A DNA stretch of 64,000 nt from Vicinamibacterales bacterium. Lineage in GTDB: Bacteria > Acidobacteriota > Vicinamibacteria > Vicinamibacterales > 2-12-FULL-66-21. This document shows, in pieces, positions 17,001 to 23,856 of this stretch. Location of the stretch: NCBI GenBank assembly GCA_036257535.1, contig DATAFJ010000070.1:1595-65594 (forward strand). Reading direction: 5' to 3'. Position 1 is the first letter of the stretch. Each line of letters opens with the position of its first letter. A model generated the notes under the pieces. It had not been told where the DNA came from. It saw only the letters and a program-made list of their open reading frames with translations, and did not search any database. The translations under genes and the position numbers were made by a program.

Positions 17001-17098
17001 ACCTCGACCCGTCCGCCGGCGCCGCCGCGTGGATGGAAGGCTGGACCGCGCCGCTCGACGCGATGGTGAATTACGCGAGCCGCGGCGACGAAGACTGA
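14027..17098 (+). CDS. Ser/Thr protein kinase fused to a P-loop NTPase (STAND-like) and TPR array
   Basis: Start trimmed to the ATG at 14027 (ATGA overlap with the upstream stop). Kinase motifs GAGGMGEVY, VAVK, HRDLKPGN, DFGLAK and GYMSPEQ. Walker A is GTGGSGKT and Walker B is LLVLDNFEQ. Long TPR-like C-terminus. Confidence 0.85.
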   Translation: MTLPAGSRLGPYQIIERLGAGGMGEVYRAIDTRLDRPVAVKLLAASLAGTDDGRQRFDREARAISRLSHPHICTLFDVGREGEREYLVMELVDGETLQARIARGPLALDEAVERGLEIADALAAAHRGGILHRDLKPGNVMITGSGAKLLDFGLAKMNEAALAAGATMATAETQAGAVLGTVGYMSPEQARGAAVGPQTDQFAFGAILYEMLTGNRAFNRPTSFETLTAILKEDPPSLSVLAPHTPQPLAWLIEHCLAKDPARRFESTSDLLRDLRAIRERLHDAPRPLPDAPAFRVPTPRTPLVGRERDVQAARRLLDQRHVRLVTLTGTGGSGKTRIALQVVSEYVADGALAAFVPLGSLAGPALIVPTLIMALGATQIESRSPLDALATYLDRAGLRLLVLDNFEQLLPEAAEVVSRLIAACPRLTILVTSRTVLRVYGEHEMVVPPLALPDPRTAAPEALASSAAVALFAERAAAVKPSFAVTAENATLIGEICARVDALPLAIELAAARTKLLSPSAILKRLESRLELLTSGAQDLPERQQTLRATIEWSFSLLTPPEQKLFRRLAVFVGGAALDAVEAVGDTRGDLGIDVLEAVSSLVDKSLLEQREGPDGQARFRMLETLREYARERLEASGEADEVHRAHAAYCIVLAEEPAEASPQRDKRAFEQFDVERDNFRAGLKYLIGAGNAEWALRLGLALFQYWESRDQAGEGAEWLTAILALAPRARTRERATASMYLSALLTPRGEYERALAAANESAAIHRELGDIAGEAAAVNARGVIELRRGNYLEARRSLEEAAERFQACGSPAGLALTQANLATVLSELGDHAAALAQLEEVGRFNLAHNDLFGVALNHSLKADVFRNLGEPERARESLQRARALFKQVGFSHGVGRTLVDLARLAREQGSAAEAQALHVEAIDIYRSVNHRLGVAQVFETLAIFAAHDGRPRRALKLAGAAAALRQAATVVASASERARLDPCVEASRANLDPSAGAAAWMEGWTAPLDAMVNYASRGDED

Positions 17099-17100
17099 TC

Positions 17101-17373
17101 TCAGCGACCGGAGGTCGGATCGATCAGTCGCCTGACCGCCGTCACGCGGTTTGCCGGAAATCCTCCCCGCCGCGCGTGCTCCCGCACCGTTTCCTCGTCC
17201 GGCGCGATGTAGACGCAGTAGATCTTGTCGTCGGTCACGTAACTGTGCAGCCACTGAATCTTGGGACCCAGGCTGTCCAGGGCGCCGATCGATCGGACTG
17301 AGATCTCGTGCAGCTCGTCTTCGGTGAGCTTTCCAGCATTCGGAACTTCGCGCTCGATGACGTACTTGGGCAC
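17101..17373 (-). CDS. DUF4242-like small protein
   Basis: 90 aa with a GTG start. MPKYVIEREVP..L.E....S......L...IQWLHSYVTDDKIYCVY.A recalls the DUF4242 family. Family assignment is from memory. Confidence 0.55.
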   Translation of the reverse strand: MPKYVIEREVPNAGKLTEDELHEISVRSIGALDSLGPKIQWLHSYVTDDKIYCVYIAPDEETVREHARRGGFPANRVTAVRRLIDPTSGR

Positions 17374-17460
17374 CCTGCCTCCTCGGGCTGCTGCGGGGAA
17401 GTCTGTCGAAGATATCCGCGCGCTACGGTCAGGTCAACCCGCAAGGTAGAATCTCGAGCC

Positions 17461-18222
17461 ATGGAATGGCTGACTAACCCCGAGGCCTGGGTGGCTCTCG
17501 CGACGCTGACCGTGCTCGAGGTCGTGCTCGGCGTGGACAACGTGATCTTCATCTCGATTCTGTCCGGCAAGCTGCCGCCCGCACAGCAGCAGCGCGCGCG
17601 GCGGTGGGGCCTGTTCGCGGCGATGTTCATGCGCATCGCGCTCCTCTTCTCGCTCGCCTGGATCAGCCGCCTGACGACGCCGCTCTTCAGCGTGTTCCGG
17701 TGGGAGCTCTCCGGACGCGATCTGATCCTGCTCGTCGGCGGGCTGTTCCTCCTCGGCAAGGCGACGTACGAGATTCACGACAAGCTGGAAGGCGAGGGGG
17801 AGCACGCCGCGGCGCGCGTTGCGGCATCTTTCGTATCCGTGATCGTTCAAATCATGCTGCTCGACATCGTCTTCTCGCTCGACTCGGTCATCACGGCGGT
17901 CGGCATGGCGGAGCATCTCTGGGTCATGGTGACGGCGGTCGTCCTGGCGGTCGCGATTATGATGGTGTCGGCCGAGCCGGTCAGTGATTTCGTCCATCGC
18001 CACCCGACGGTCAAGATGCTCGCCCTCAGCTTCCTGCTGCTCATCGGCCTCTCGCTCGTCGCGGAAGGACTGGGCCACCACATTCCCAAGGGATACATCT
18101 ATTTCGCGATGGGATTCTCGGTGTTCGTCGAGATGATCAACCTTCGCATCCGCGGGCGTGGCGTCCCGGTCGAGCTTCATGAGCCGTATGCGGCGGCGCA
18201 GCAGCCGCGTCGCGGCCATTAG
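17461..18222 (+). CDS. TerC family integral membrane protein
   Basis: Start trimmed to the ATG at 17461 (MEWLTNPEAWVALATL). LEVVLGVDNVIFISIL and FSLDSVITAVGM motifs, multiple TM helices. Confidence 0.8.
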   Translation: MEWLTNPEAWVALATLTVLEVVLGVDNVIFISILSGKLPPAQQQRARRWGLFAAMFMRIALLFSLAWISRLTTPLFSVFRWELSGRDLILLVGGLFLLGKATYEIHDKLEGEGEHAAARVAASFVSVIVQIMLLDIVFSLDSVITAVGMAEHLWVMVTAVVLAVAIMMVSAEPVSDFVHRHPTVKMLALSFLLLIGLSLVAEGLGHHIPKGYIYFAMGFSVFVEMINLRIRGRGVPVELHEPYAAAQQPRRGH

Positions 18223-18294
18223 GGCCGGGTCGGAGACGTGGCGCCCGGGGCCGGCGTCTTATAGGATTACTTCCTTCTTTGTGAGGTGTACTTC

Positions 18295-18951
18295 ATGAAG
18301 CGCGTGATGACACTCGGAATGCTGGCCTTCGTGCTGGGTGCGGCGGCGGCGGGGGCTCAGACGACGCCCGCGGCTGCCCCTTCGGCGCAGGCCGGAGATG
18401 ACGTCTGGACCATCGATCCCAATCACAGTGCGGCGCATTTCGCCGTCAGGCACATGATGGTGTCGACGGTGCGCGGCTCGCTCGGCTCGGTCAAGGGAAC
18501 GGTGCGGTGGGACGGGAAGGCGGCGAAATCGGCGCAGGTGGACGCGACGATCGACGTTACCGGCATCAACACCGCGAATCAGAAGCGCGACGACCATCTG
18601 CGCAGCCCCGATTTCTTCGACGCGGCGACGCATCCGGCGATCACCTTCAAGTCCAAGCGCGTCGAGCCTGCGGCCGACGGCCGGTTCAAGCTCGTCGGCG
18701 ACCTGACGATTCGCGGCAACACGCGCGAGGTCGCGCTCGACGTCGAGGGACCGGCGGCGCCGATCAAGCAGAAGGACGGCAGGCTGCGCAGCGGCGCTTC
18801 CGCCACCGGCAAGATCAGCCGGAAGGAGTTCGGCATCGTGTGGAACAACCTCACGGAGACCGGCGGAGCGATCGTCGGCGATGAGGTGCAGATGACGATC
18901 GACGTGGAGCTGATCAAGCCGGCCCCCACCACGTCCTCTTCAGGACAGTAG
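18295..18951 (+). CDS. YceI family periplasmic protein
   Basis: Track ORF starts at a GTG (18286). The ATG at 18295, with GAGG 7 nt upstream, gives signal peptide MKRVMTLGMLAFVLGAAAAGAQ. WTIDPNHSAAHFAVRHMMVSTVRG and NQKRDDHLRSPDFFD are typical of YceI. Confidence 0.8.
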   Translation: MKRVMTLGMLAFVLGAAAAGAQTTPAAAPSAQAGDDVWTIDPNHSAAHFAVRHMMVSTVRGSLGSVKGTVRWDGKAAKSAQVDATIDVTGINTANQKRDDHLRSPDFFDAATHPAITFKSKRVEPAADGRFKLVGDLTIRGNTREVALDVEGPAAPIKQKDGRLRSGASATGKISRKEFGIVWNNLTETGGAIVGDEVQMTIDVELIKPAPTTSSSGQ

Positions 18952-18959
18952 AGGTATTT

Positions 18960-19811
18960 ATGGCCGCCCGTCCGACCTGGAAAGGCTTCCTCAAAATCAG
19001 CCTCGTCAACGTACCGGTGCGCGTCTTTCCGGCGACGGACGCGGCGGCCACGATTGGCTTCAACCAGCTCCACCGCGACTGTCAGACCCGAATCCAGCAG
19101 AAGCGGTGGTGCCCCTCGTGCGAGCGCGAAGTGGCCAACACTGAGCTCGTGAAGGGCTACGAGTTCGAGAAGGGACGCTACGCAGTGCTCGAAGAGGAGG
19201 ACATCGCGAAGGTCCGGCCGGAGTCGACGCGCGTCATCAACCTCGTGCAGTTCGCCGACGCCGCGAGCCTCGATCCGATCTACTTCGAACGGCCGTATTA
19301 CCTCGCGCCCGACGGGGCGGTCGCGGGCGAGGCCTTCGCGGTCTTGCGTGAGGGCATGAAGGGCATGGCCGGCATCGGCAAGCTCGCGCTGTACGGCCGC
19401 GAGTACCTCGTTGCCGTGCAGCCGCGCGAGAACGGCCTCGTGATGTACACGATGCGTCACGCCGCCGAGATCCGGAGCATGGGTGCGATCGACGAGCTCG
19501 GCGACGTGCCCGCGAAGGTGAAGCCGGACGAGGTGAAGCTCGCCAAGCAGGTCATGTCCACCTTCGAGGGTGAGCTCGACATGCGGGAATACCGCGACGA
19601 GTACCAGGAAGAGCTCCGCAAGGTGATCGACGCGAAGATCGAGGGCCGCGAGGTCGCCGAGCCGGTCGAGGAAGCGCCGCCCAAGGTCGTCAACCTCATG
19701 GAAGCGCTCCGCAAGAGCCTGGATTCGGTGAAGAAGAAACCGGCGGCTGCCAAGCTGACCAGGATCCAGAACTCGGACTCTCGGGCACAGAAGAAGCGCG
19801 CCTCGAGGTGA
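18960..19811 (+). CDS. ku: Ku protein (non-homologous end joining)
   Basis: 283 aa. RPTWKGFLKISLVNVPVRVFPAT N-terminus, YEFEKGRYAVLEEEDI core and a basic C-terminal tail. Confidence 0.9.
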   Translation: MAARPTWKGFLKISLVNVPVRVFPATDAAATIGFNQLHRDCQTRIQQKRWCPSCEREVANTELVKGYEFEKGRYAVLEEEDIAKVRPESTRVINLVQFADAASLDPIYFERPYYLAPDGAVAGEAFAVLREGMKGMAGIGKLALYGREYLVAVQPRENGLVMYTMRHAAEIRSMGAIDELGDVPAKVKPDEVKLAKQVMSTFEGELDMREYRDEYQEELRKVIDAKIEGREVAEPVEEAPPKVVNLMEALRKSLDSVKKKPAAAKLTRIQNSDSRAQKKRASR

Positions 19812-19824
19812 GCGGCGCGCGTAA

Positions 19825-20718
19825 ATGATCCTTCTCGTCCTCATGTTGATGCAGACGGCGACTCCGCCGTCTGCCGTTCCTCCTTCCGGTTACGTCCCCG
19901 AGCGCGTCTACGATTCCACTCGCGACCGTTTTACCGACTTCGAGGCCATGCTCGCCGAGGTCTCGCGCGCGGACGTCCTGTTCGTCGGAGAGCAGCACGA
20001 CGATCCGAATACGCACCGTCTCGAGCTCGCGATCCTCGAGGGGCTGAAGCGCCGCCGCGCCGACCTGTCGCTCGCGCTCGAGATGTTCGAGCGAGACGTC
20101 CAGGAGCCTCTGTCGTCATATCTCGAAGGGCGGCTCGGCGAAGACGAGTTCCTCTCGCGTTCCCGTCCGTGGCCGCGGTATGCGGCCGACTACCGCCCTC
20201 TCGTGGAGTTCGCCAGGGCGCACCGGTGGCCGATCCTCGCGACGAACATGCCGCGCCGGCTGGCGTCGGCAGTCGCGAAGGGCGGCCTCGACGCGCTCGC
20301 GTCCAATGACGACCGCTCGCTGTACGCCGCGGACGAGTGTCCACGGGACGACTACTTCGATCGGTTTGCGGAGAGCATGTCGGAGCATCCGATGCCTGGC
20401 GCCGAGAAGCTGACGGACGCCGAGAAGCAGTCCATCGTCGAGCGCTTCTATCTGGCGCAGTGCCTCAAGGACGAGACGATGGCGGAGTCCATCGCGCGGG
20501 CGCGTGCGACGAGCGGCGCGCTCGTCGTGCACGTGAACGGCGCGTTTCACAGCGACTTCGGTGATGGTGTCCCCGAACGGGTTCGGCGGCGGCTGCCGCA
20601 GGCACGGCTGGCGGTGATATCGATCCTGCCGGTTGATGATCTGGACGCCGTCGCGCCCACCGCGGACGATCGAAAGAGGGCAGACTACGTCGTTTACACG
20701 CTAGCGCCGTCCAAGTAG
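19825..20718 (+). CDS. ChaN-like (haem-binding uptake/Tiki superfamily) protein
   Basis: 297 aa with a hydrophobic N-terminus. VLFVGEQHDDPNTHRLELAILEGL resembles the ChaN/Cofac_haem_bdg family. Confidence 0.6.
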   Translation: MILLVLMLMQTATPPSAVPPSGYVPERVYDSTRDRFTDFEAMLAEVSRADVLFVGEQHDDPNTHRLELAILEGLKRRRADLSLALEMFERDVQEPLSSYLEGRLGEDEFLSRSRPWPRYAADYRPLVEFARAHRWPILATNMPRRLASAVAKGGLDALASNDDRSLYAADECPRDDYFDRFAESMSEHPMPGAEKLTDAEKQSIVERFYLAQCLKDETMAESIARARATSGALVVHVNGAFHSDFGDGVPERVRRRLPQARLAVISILPVDDLDAVAPTADDRKRADYVVYTLAPSK

Positions 20719-20731
20719 TGCGCCGCGCACA

Positions 20732-22093
20732 TCAGCGCAGCCGTTCGGGCATGTCCGCGACGACGTAGGCCATGACGGCGAGCGCGGCGGTGGCGCGGGC
20801 GATTTCGTCCGGCGCGATGCGGTCGATCGTATCCGCCGGCGTGTGGTGAATCAGGAAATAGTTGCCGTCGACCGTCAGTGACATCGCGGGAATCTGACCG
20901 GTCTCGACGCTGGGCCCGATGTCGGCGCCGCCTCCCTGCGGTCCTATCCGGTGCGCGTCGATCCCGCCGAGCAGCGTTCCGATGCGCTCCACGATCCTGC
21001 GCGCCGCGTCGCTGCCGGAGAACCCGAACCCGGTGGGGCGGAAGACGCCGGCGTCGGACTCGATCATCAGCACGTGGTTGGATAATTCAGCCCTATACCG
21101 GTCACGGTAGGCGAGTCCCCCTCGAAGCCCGTTCTCTTCGTTCGTGAACAGGACCACGCGGAGCGTGCGGCGGGGGCGCAGCCCCAGGCTCTTCACGATT
21201 CGCAGCGCCTCCCACGTCGCAATGCACCCGCCCCCGTCGTCTGTTGCGCCTGTGCCGACGTCCCACGAATCGAAGTGGCCGCCCACGACGACGACTTCTT
21301 CCGGGTTGTCGCGCCCGCGGATTTCCGCGACGACGTTCGCGGATTCGACATCGGGGAGAAAGCGCGCCTCCATGCTGAGGCGGACGGTCACGCGCGTCCC
21401 GCGAGCCTGCAGCCGCTGCAGCCGCTCGGCATCTTCGGCGGCGATCGCGGCCGCGGGGATGCGCGGCGAGCCATCGGCATACCGGAGGGCGCCAGTGTGC
21501 GGCGTTCTCAGGCCCGGCGGGCCGACCGATCGCAGCAGCATCGCGACGGCGCCGAGCGCGGCGGCCCGCGACGGCCCGTTCGTTCGATACTGCACCGTCT
21601 CGCCGTACGACGTGAACGGCACGTTGAACACGACGATGCGGCCCTTCACGTCGGCGGAGCGCCCCTGCAGATCGGCGAAGCTCTGCACGACGAGCGTTTC
21701 GGCAACGATGCCGTCCGGCGGCGTGCCCACGCTTCCGCCGAGACCGAGCATCGCGAGCGGAGAAGGGATCGGCGAGACGATCTGGGCACTCTCCCGGCCC
21801 CGGATCCATCGCGGCACCATGACCGGCTCCGTGCGCACGTTCTCGAGGCCGTCACGCTTCATCGCCTCGGCCGCCCACTCGATGGCACGCTCAAGGTTCT
21901 CCGAGCCGCTCAGCCTCGGGCCAAACGTGTCGGTGAGTTCGGCGAGCCGATCCCAGGCGCGCCGGTTGCCGGTCGCCTCCGACACGATCCGCGCCGCGGT
22001 CTCGCGGTATGCCTCGAGCCAGCCGCCATCCTGGGCCGCGGAAGACGCGGCGAGCGCCGCGAAGATGAGGGAGCCGCCAACAACGATGCGCAT
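20732..22093 (-). CDS. M28 family metallopeptidase with PA domain
   Basis: Track start 22117 is a GTG. The ATG at 22093 gives signal peptide MRIVVGGSLIFAALAASSAAQ. Zinc-site region is GGHFDSWDVGTGATDDGGG. Confidence 0.8.
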   Translation of the reverse strand: MRIVVGGSLIFAALAASSAAQDGGWLEAYRETAARIVSEATGNRRAWDRLAELTDTFGPRLSGSENLERAIEWAAEAMKRDGLENVRTEPVMVPRWIRGRESAQIVSPIPSPLAMLGLGGSVGTPPDGIVAETLVVQSFADLQGRSADVKGRIVVFNVPFTSYGETVQYRTNGPSRAAALGAVAMLLRSVGPPGLRTPHTGALRYADGSPRIPAAAIAAEDAERLQRLQARGTRVTVRLSMEARFLPDVESANVVAEIRGRDNPEEVVVVGGHFDSWDVGTGATDDGGGCIATWEALRIVKSLGLRPRRTLRVVLFTNEENGLRGGLAYRDRYRAELSNHVLMIESDAGVFRPTGFGFSGSDAARRIVERIGTLLGGIDAHRIGPQGGGADIGPSVETGQIPAMSLTVDGNYFLIHHTPADTIDRIAPDEIARATAALAVMAYVVADMPERLR

Positions 22094-22242
22094 GCGATGA
22101 GTACTATCACGAGCCACGGATTACACGGGCCGTCACGCTGCAGCCCGGCGGAGCCGGGCTGCGGTGCGCGCGGCGACGTGACGGCACGCCGATCCAGATC
22201 AGCGTAATCCGCGTAATCCGCGGCTCGTTGGTTTTGTGCTAA

Positions 22243-23205
22243 ATGTGCTCCGTGGCACACCTTCTGGCGTTCGCAGCAGCTGCGCTCATCCTCGGCCAGG
22301 CGCCGGCGCGCTACTGGTGCCCGATGCATCCTGACGTGCGAGCAGACGAGCGGATCGCGTGCGTGCGATGCGGCATGACGCTCGCGCCGATCGACGCGAG
22401 CGCGTTCGACGAGAACGGCCTCGAGATCGATGTCAGCCGCGGCAGGACGCCAGGCGTGGTGGCGCTGTCGATCCGTGTCCTCGACGGCGATGAGACCGTG
22501 CGAGACTTCGAGATCGTCCACGAGCGCCCGTTCCATCTCTTCGTCGTGTCGCGCGACCTGTCGCACTTCGACCACGTCCACCCGGAGCCCGGCGCCGACG
22601 GAGTCTTCGGGATGGATCTGCGTGTCCCGCGGCCCGGTGTCTATCGCCTGGTCGGCGACTTCTATCCAAAAGGCGGGGTTCCACAGACCGTTCAACGAAC
22701 GATCGTCACCCCGGGCTTCGACGGGCCGCTATTGCCGGCTGCGACGCCGCTCGAGCCGGATGCCCGCGAGAAGACCGTTTCCGGCCTGCACGTGGCGCTG
22801 GAAGGAGAGCCGCTCGTCGTCGGGCGTGAAACCGACCTCTCATTCGCCGTCGTCGACGCCGCCAGCGGCGAGCGGGTGACAGATCTTGAGCCGTTTCTGG
22901 GCGCCCCTGGACACTTGCTCGTGATGTCCGCCGATCTCGCGGACGCGATTCACAGCCATCCGGATACTCAGACTGGAACGCTGCCGCCCGGCGGAGCCCC
23001 CAGTCCCCAGCCCCTAGTCCCTTCAAGGATCATCTTCCAGGTTCGCTTTCCACGTCCCACGCACTATCGGATGTGGCTGCAGGTTCAGCGGCGCGGGGTG
23101 GTCGTTACGGTTCCGTTCACCGTGTCGGTCAGTGAGCCTGGCGTTGAGGGTCGCGCGAAATTAGAGCGGCAAGCCGGCAGCCGGGCGTCGAGCTCGTCAC
23201 CGTGA
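22243..23205 (+). CDS. heavy-metal-binding-domain protein with two YtkA/FixH-like Ig modules
   Basis: 320 aa. YWCPMHPDV..IACVRCGMTL (HMBD-type Cys4). Two modules carry HLFVVSRDLSHFDHVHP and HLLVMSADLADAIHSHP. The 3' end overlaps the convergent gene by 77 nt. Confidence 0.6.
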   Translation: MCSVAHLLAFAAAALILGQAPARYWCPMHPDVRADERIACVRCGMTLAPIDASAFDENGLEIDVSRGRTPGVVALSIRVLDGDETVRDFEIVHERPFHLFVVSRDLSHFDHVHPEPGADGVFGMDLRVPRPGVYRLVGDFYPKGGVPQTVQRTIVTPGFDGPLLPAATPLEPDAREKTVSGLHVALEGEPLVVGRETDLSFAVVDAASGERVTDLEPFLGAPGHLLVMSADLADAIHSHPDTQTGTLPPGGAPSPQPLVPSRIIFQVRFPRPTHYRMWLQVQRRGVVVTVPFTVSVSEPGVEGRAKLERQAGSRASSSSP

Positions 23206-23836
23206 GTGTCGTTCCGCGGCCCACCCGTTCAGGGTGGGCGAGCCAGTATGTCGTGCGACGCTCTGGGTCGTAACCCCGAACGAGCAGAAGGATCTCGGGC
23301 GCGCGGCCCGGTGCGCGCAGCGCGACCCCGAATGACTCGGCCGGCTCGCCGCCCTCGGGCCTGAGCCCCATGAGAACGCCGCGTCGCCGTATCGCAGACT
23401 GGCCGCAGGAGAGCGCGAGGGACGTGACGTCCGGTCGCGCCTCGCCTTGCGACCGCGTCAGCGGCTGCGTGGGCTGCGTCGGCGGCAGGTCGCGATCGTC
23501 CCCCCTGGGCGCGCCGCCGTCGGCCCAGGCCGCGATCAGGTCGACTTCAAACGGCGAGAGACTCGGATCGTTTGCGAACGCGCCGTAGCCGCGGACGGCG
23601 TTCCACGGCGGCATGCGCCGCGCGAGCACCTCTTCCTTGATGGCTTTCGCCCACGGGCGGGCTTCGCTCCACGTCGTGAGCGACATCGGGCCCTCGCCGT
23701 CCGGGCGATGACATCGCACGCAGCGGCGATCGACGATGCGTGAGATTTCGCGAGACCAGGTGATCGTGGTCGTAATACGTGGATGCGCGGCGACGAAGAC
23801 CGGGATCGCGGCAAGCAGCGCGATCCCGGCCAGCAC
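23129..23836 (-). CDS. membrane-anchored CxxCH (cytochrome c-like) protein, short paralog of the 23857-25179 N-terminus
   Basis: Embedded in a 610-aa track ORF. Proposed GTG start at 23836 (LAGIALLAAIPVFVAA). CVRCHRPDGEGPMSLTTWSEARPWAKAIKEEVLARRMPPW closely parallels the neighbouring gene. Start and C-terminal domain are uncertain. Confidence 0.5.
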   Translation of the reverse strand: MLAGIALLAAIPVFVAAHPRITTTITWSREISRIVDRRCVRCHRPDGEGPMSLTTWSEARPWAKAIKEEVLARRMPPWNAVRGYGAFANDPSLSPFEVDLIAAWADGGAPRGDDRDLPPTQPTQPLTRSQGEARPDVTSLALSCGQSAIRRRGVLMGLRPEGGEPAESFGVALRAPGRAPEILLLVRGYDPERRTTYWLAHPERVGRGTTLTVTSSTPGCRLAALISRDPQRQAH

Positions 23837-23856
23837 GCCCGACCTGAAGGTCGGGC

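Noticed and set aside
17374-17460. Possible yybP-ykoY manganese riboswitch upstream of the TerC family gene.
   Set aside because: The association of this riboswitch with TerC-family genes prompted the look. However, the 87-nt spacer lacks the conserved GGGGAGUAG-type core and a four-way junction layout. A covariance-model scan with Rfam RF00080 would be decisive.
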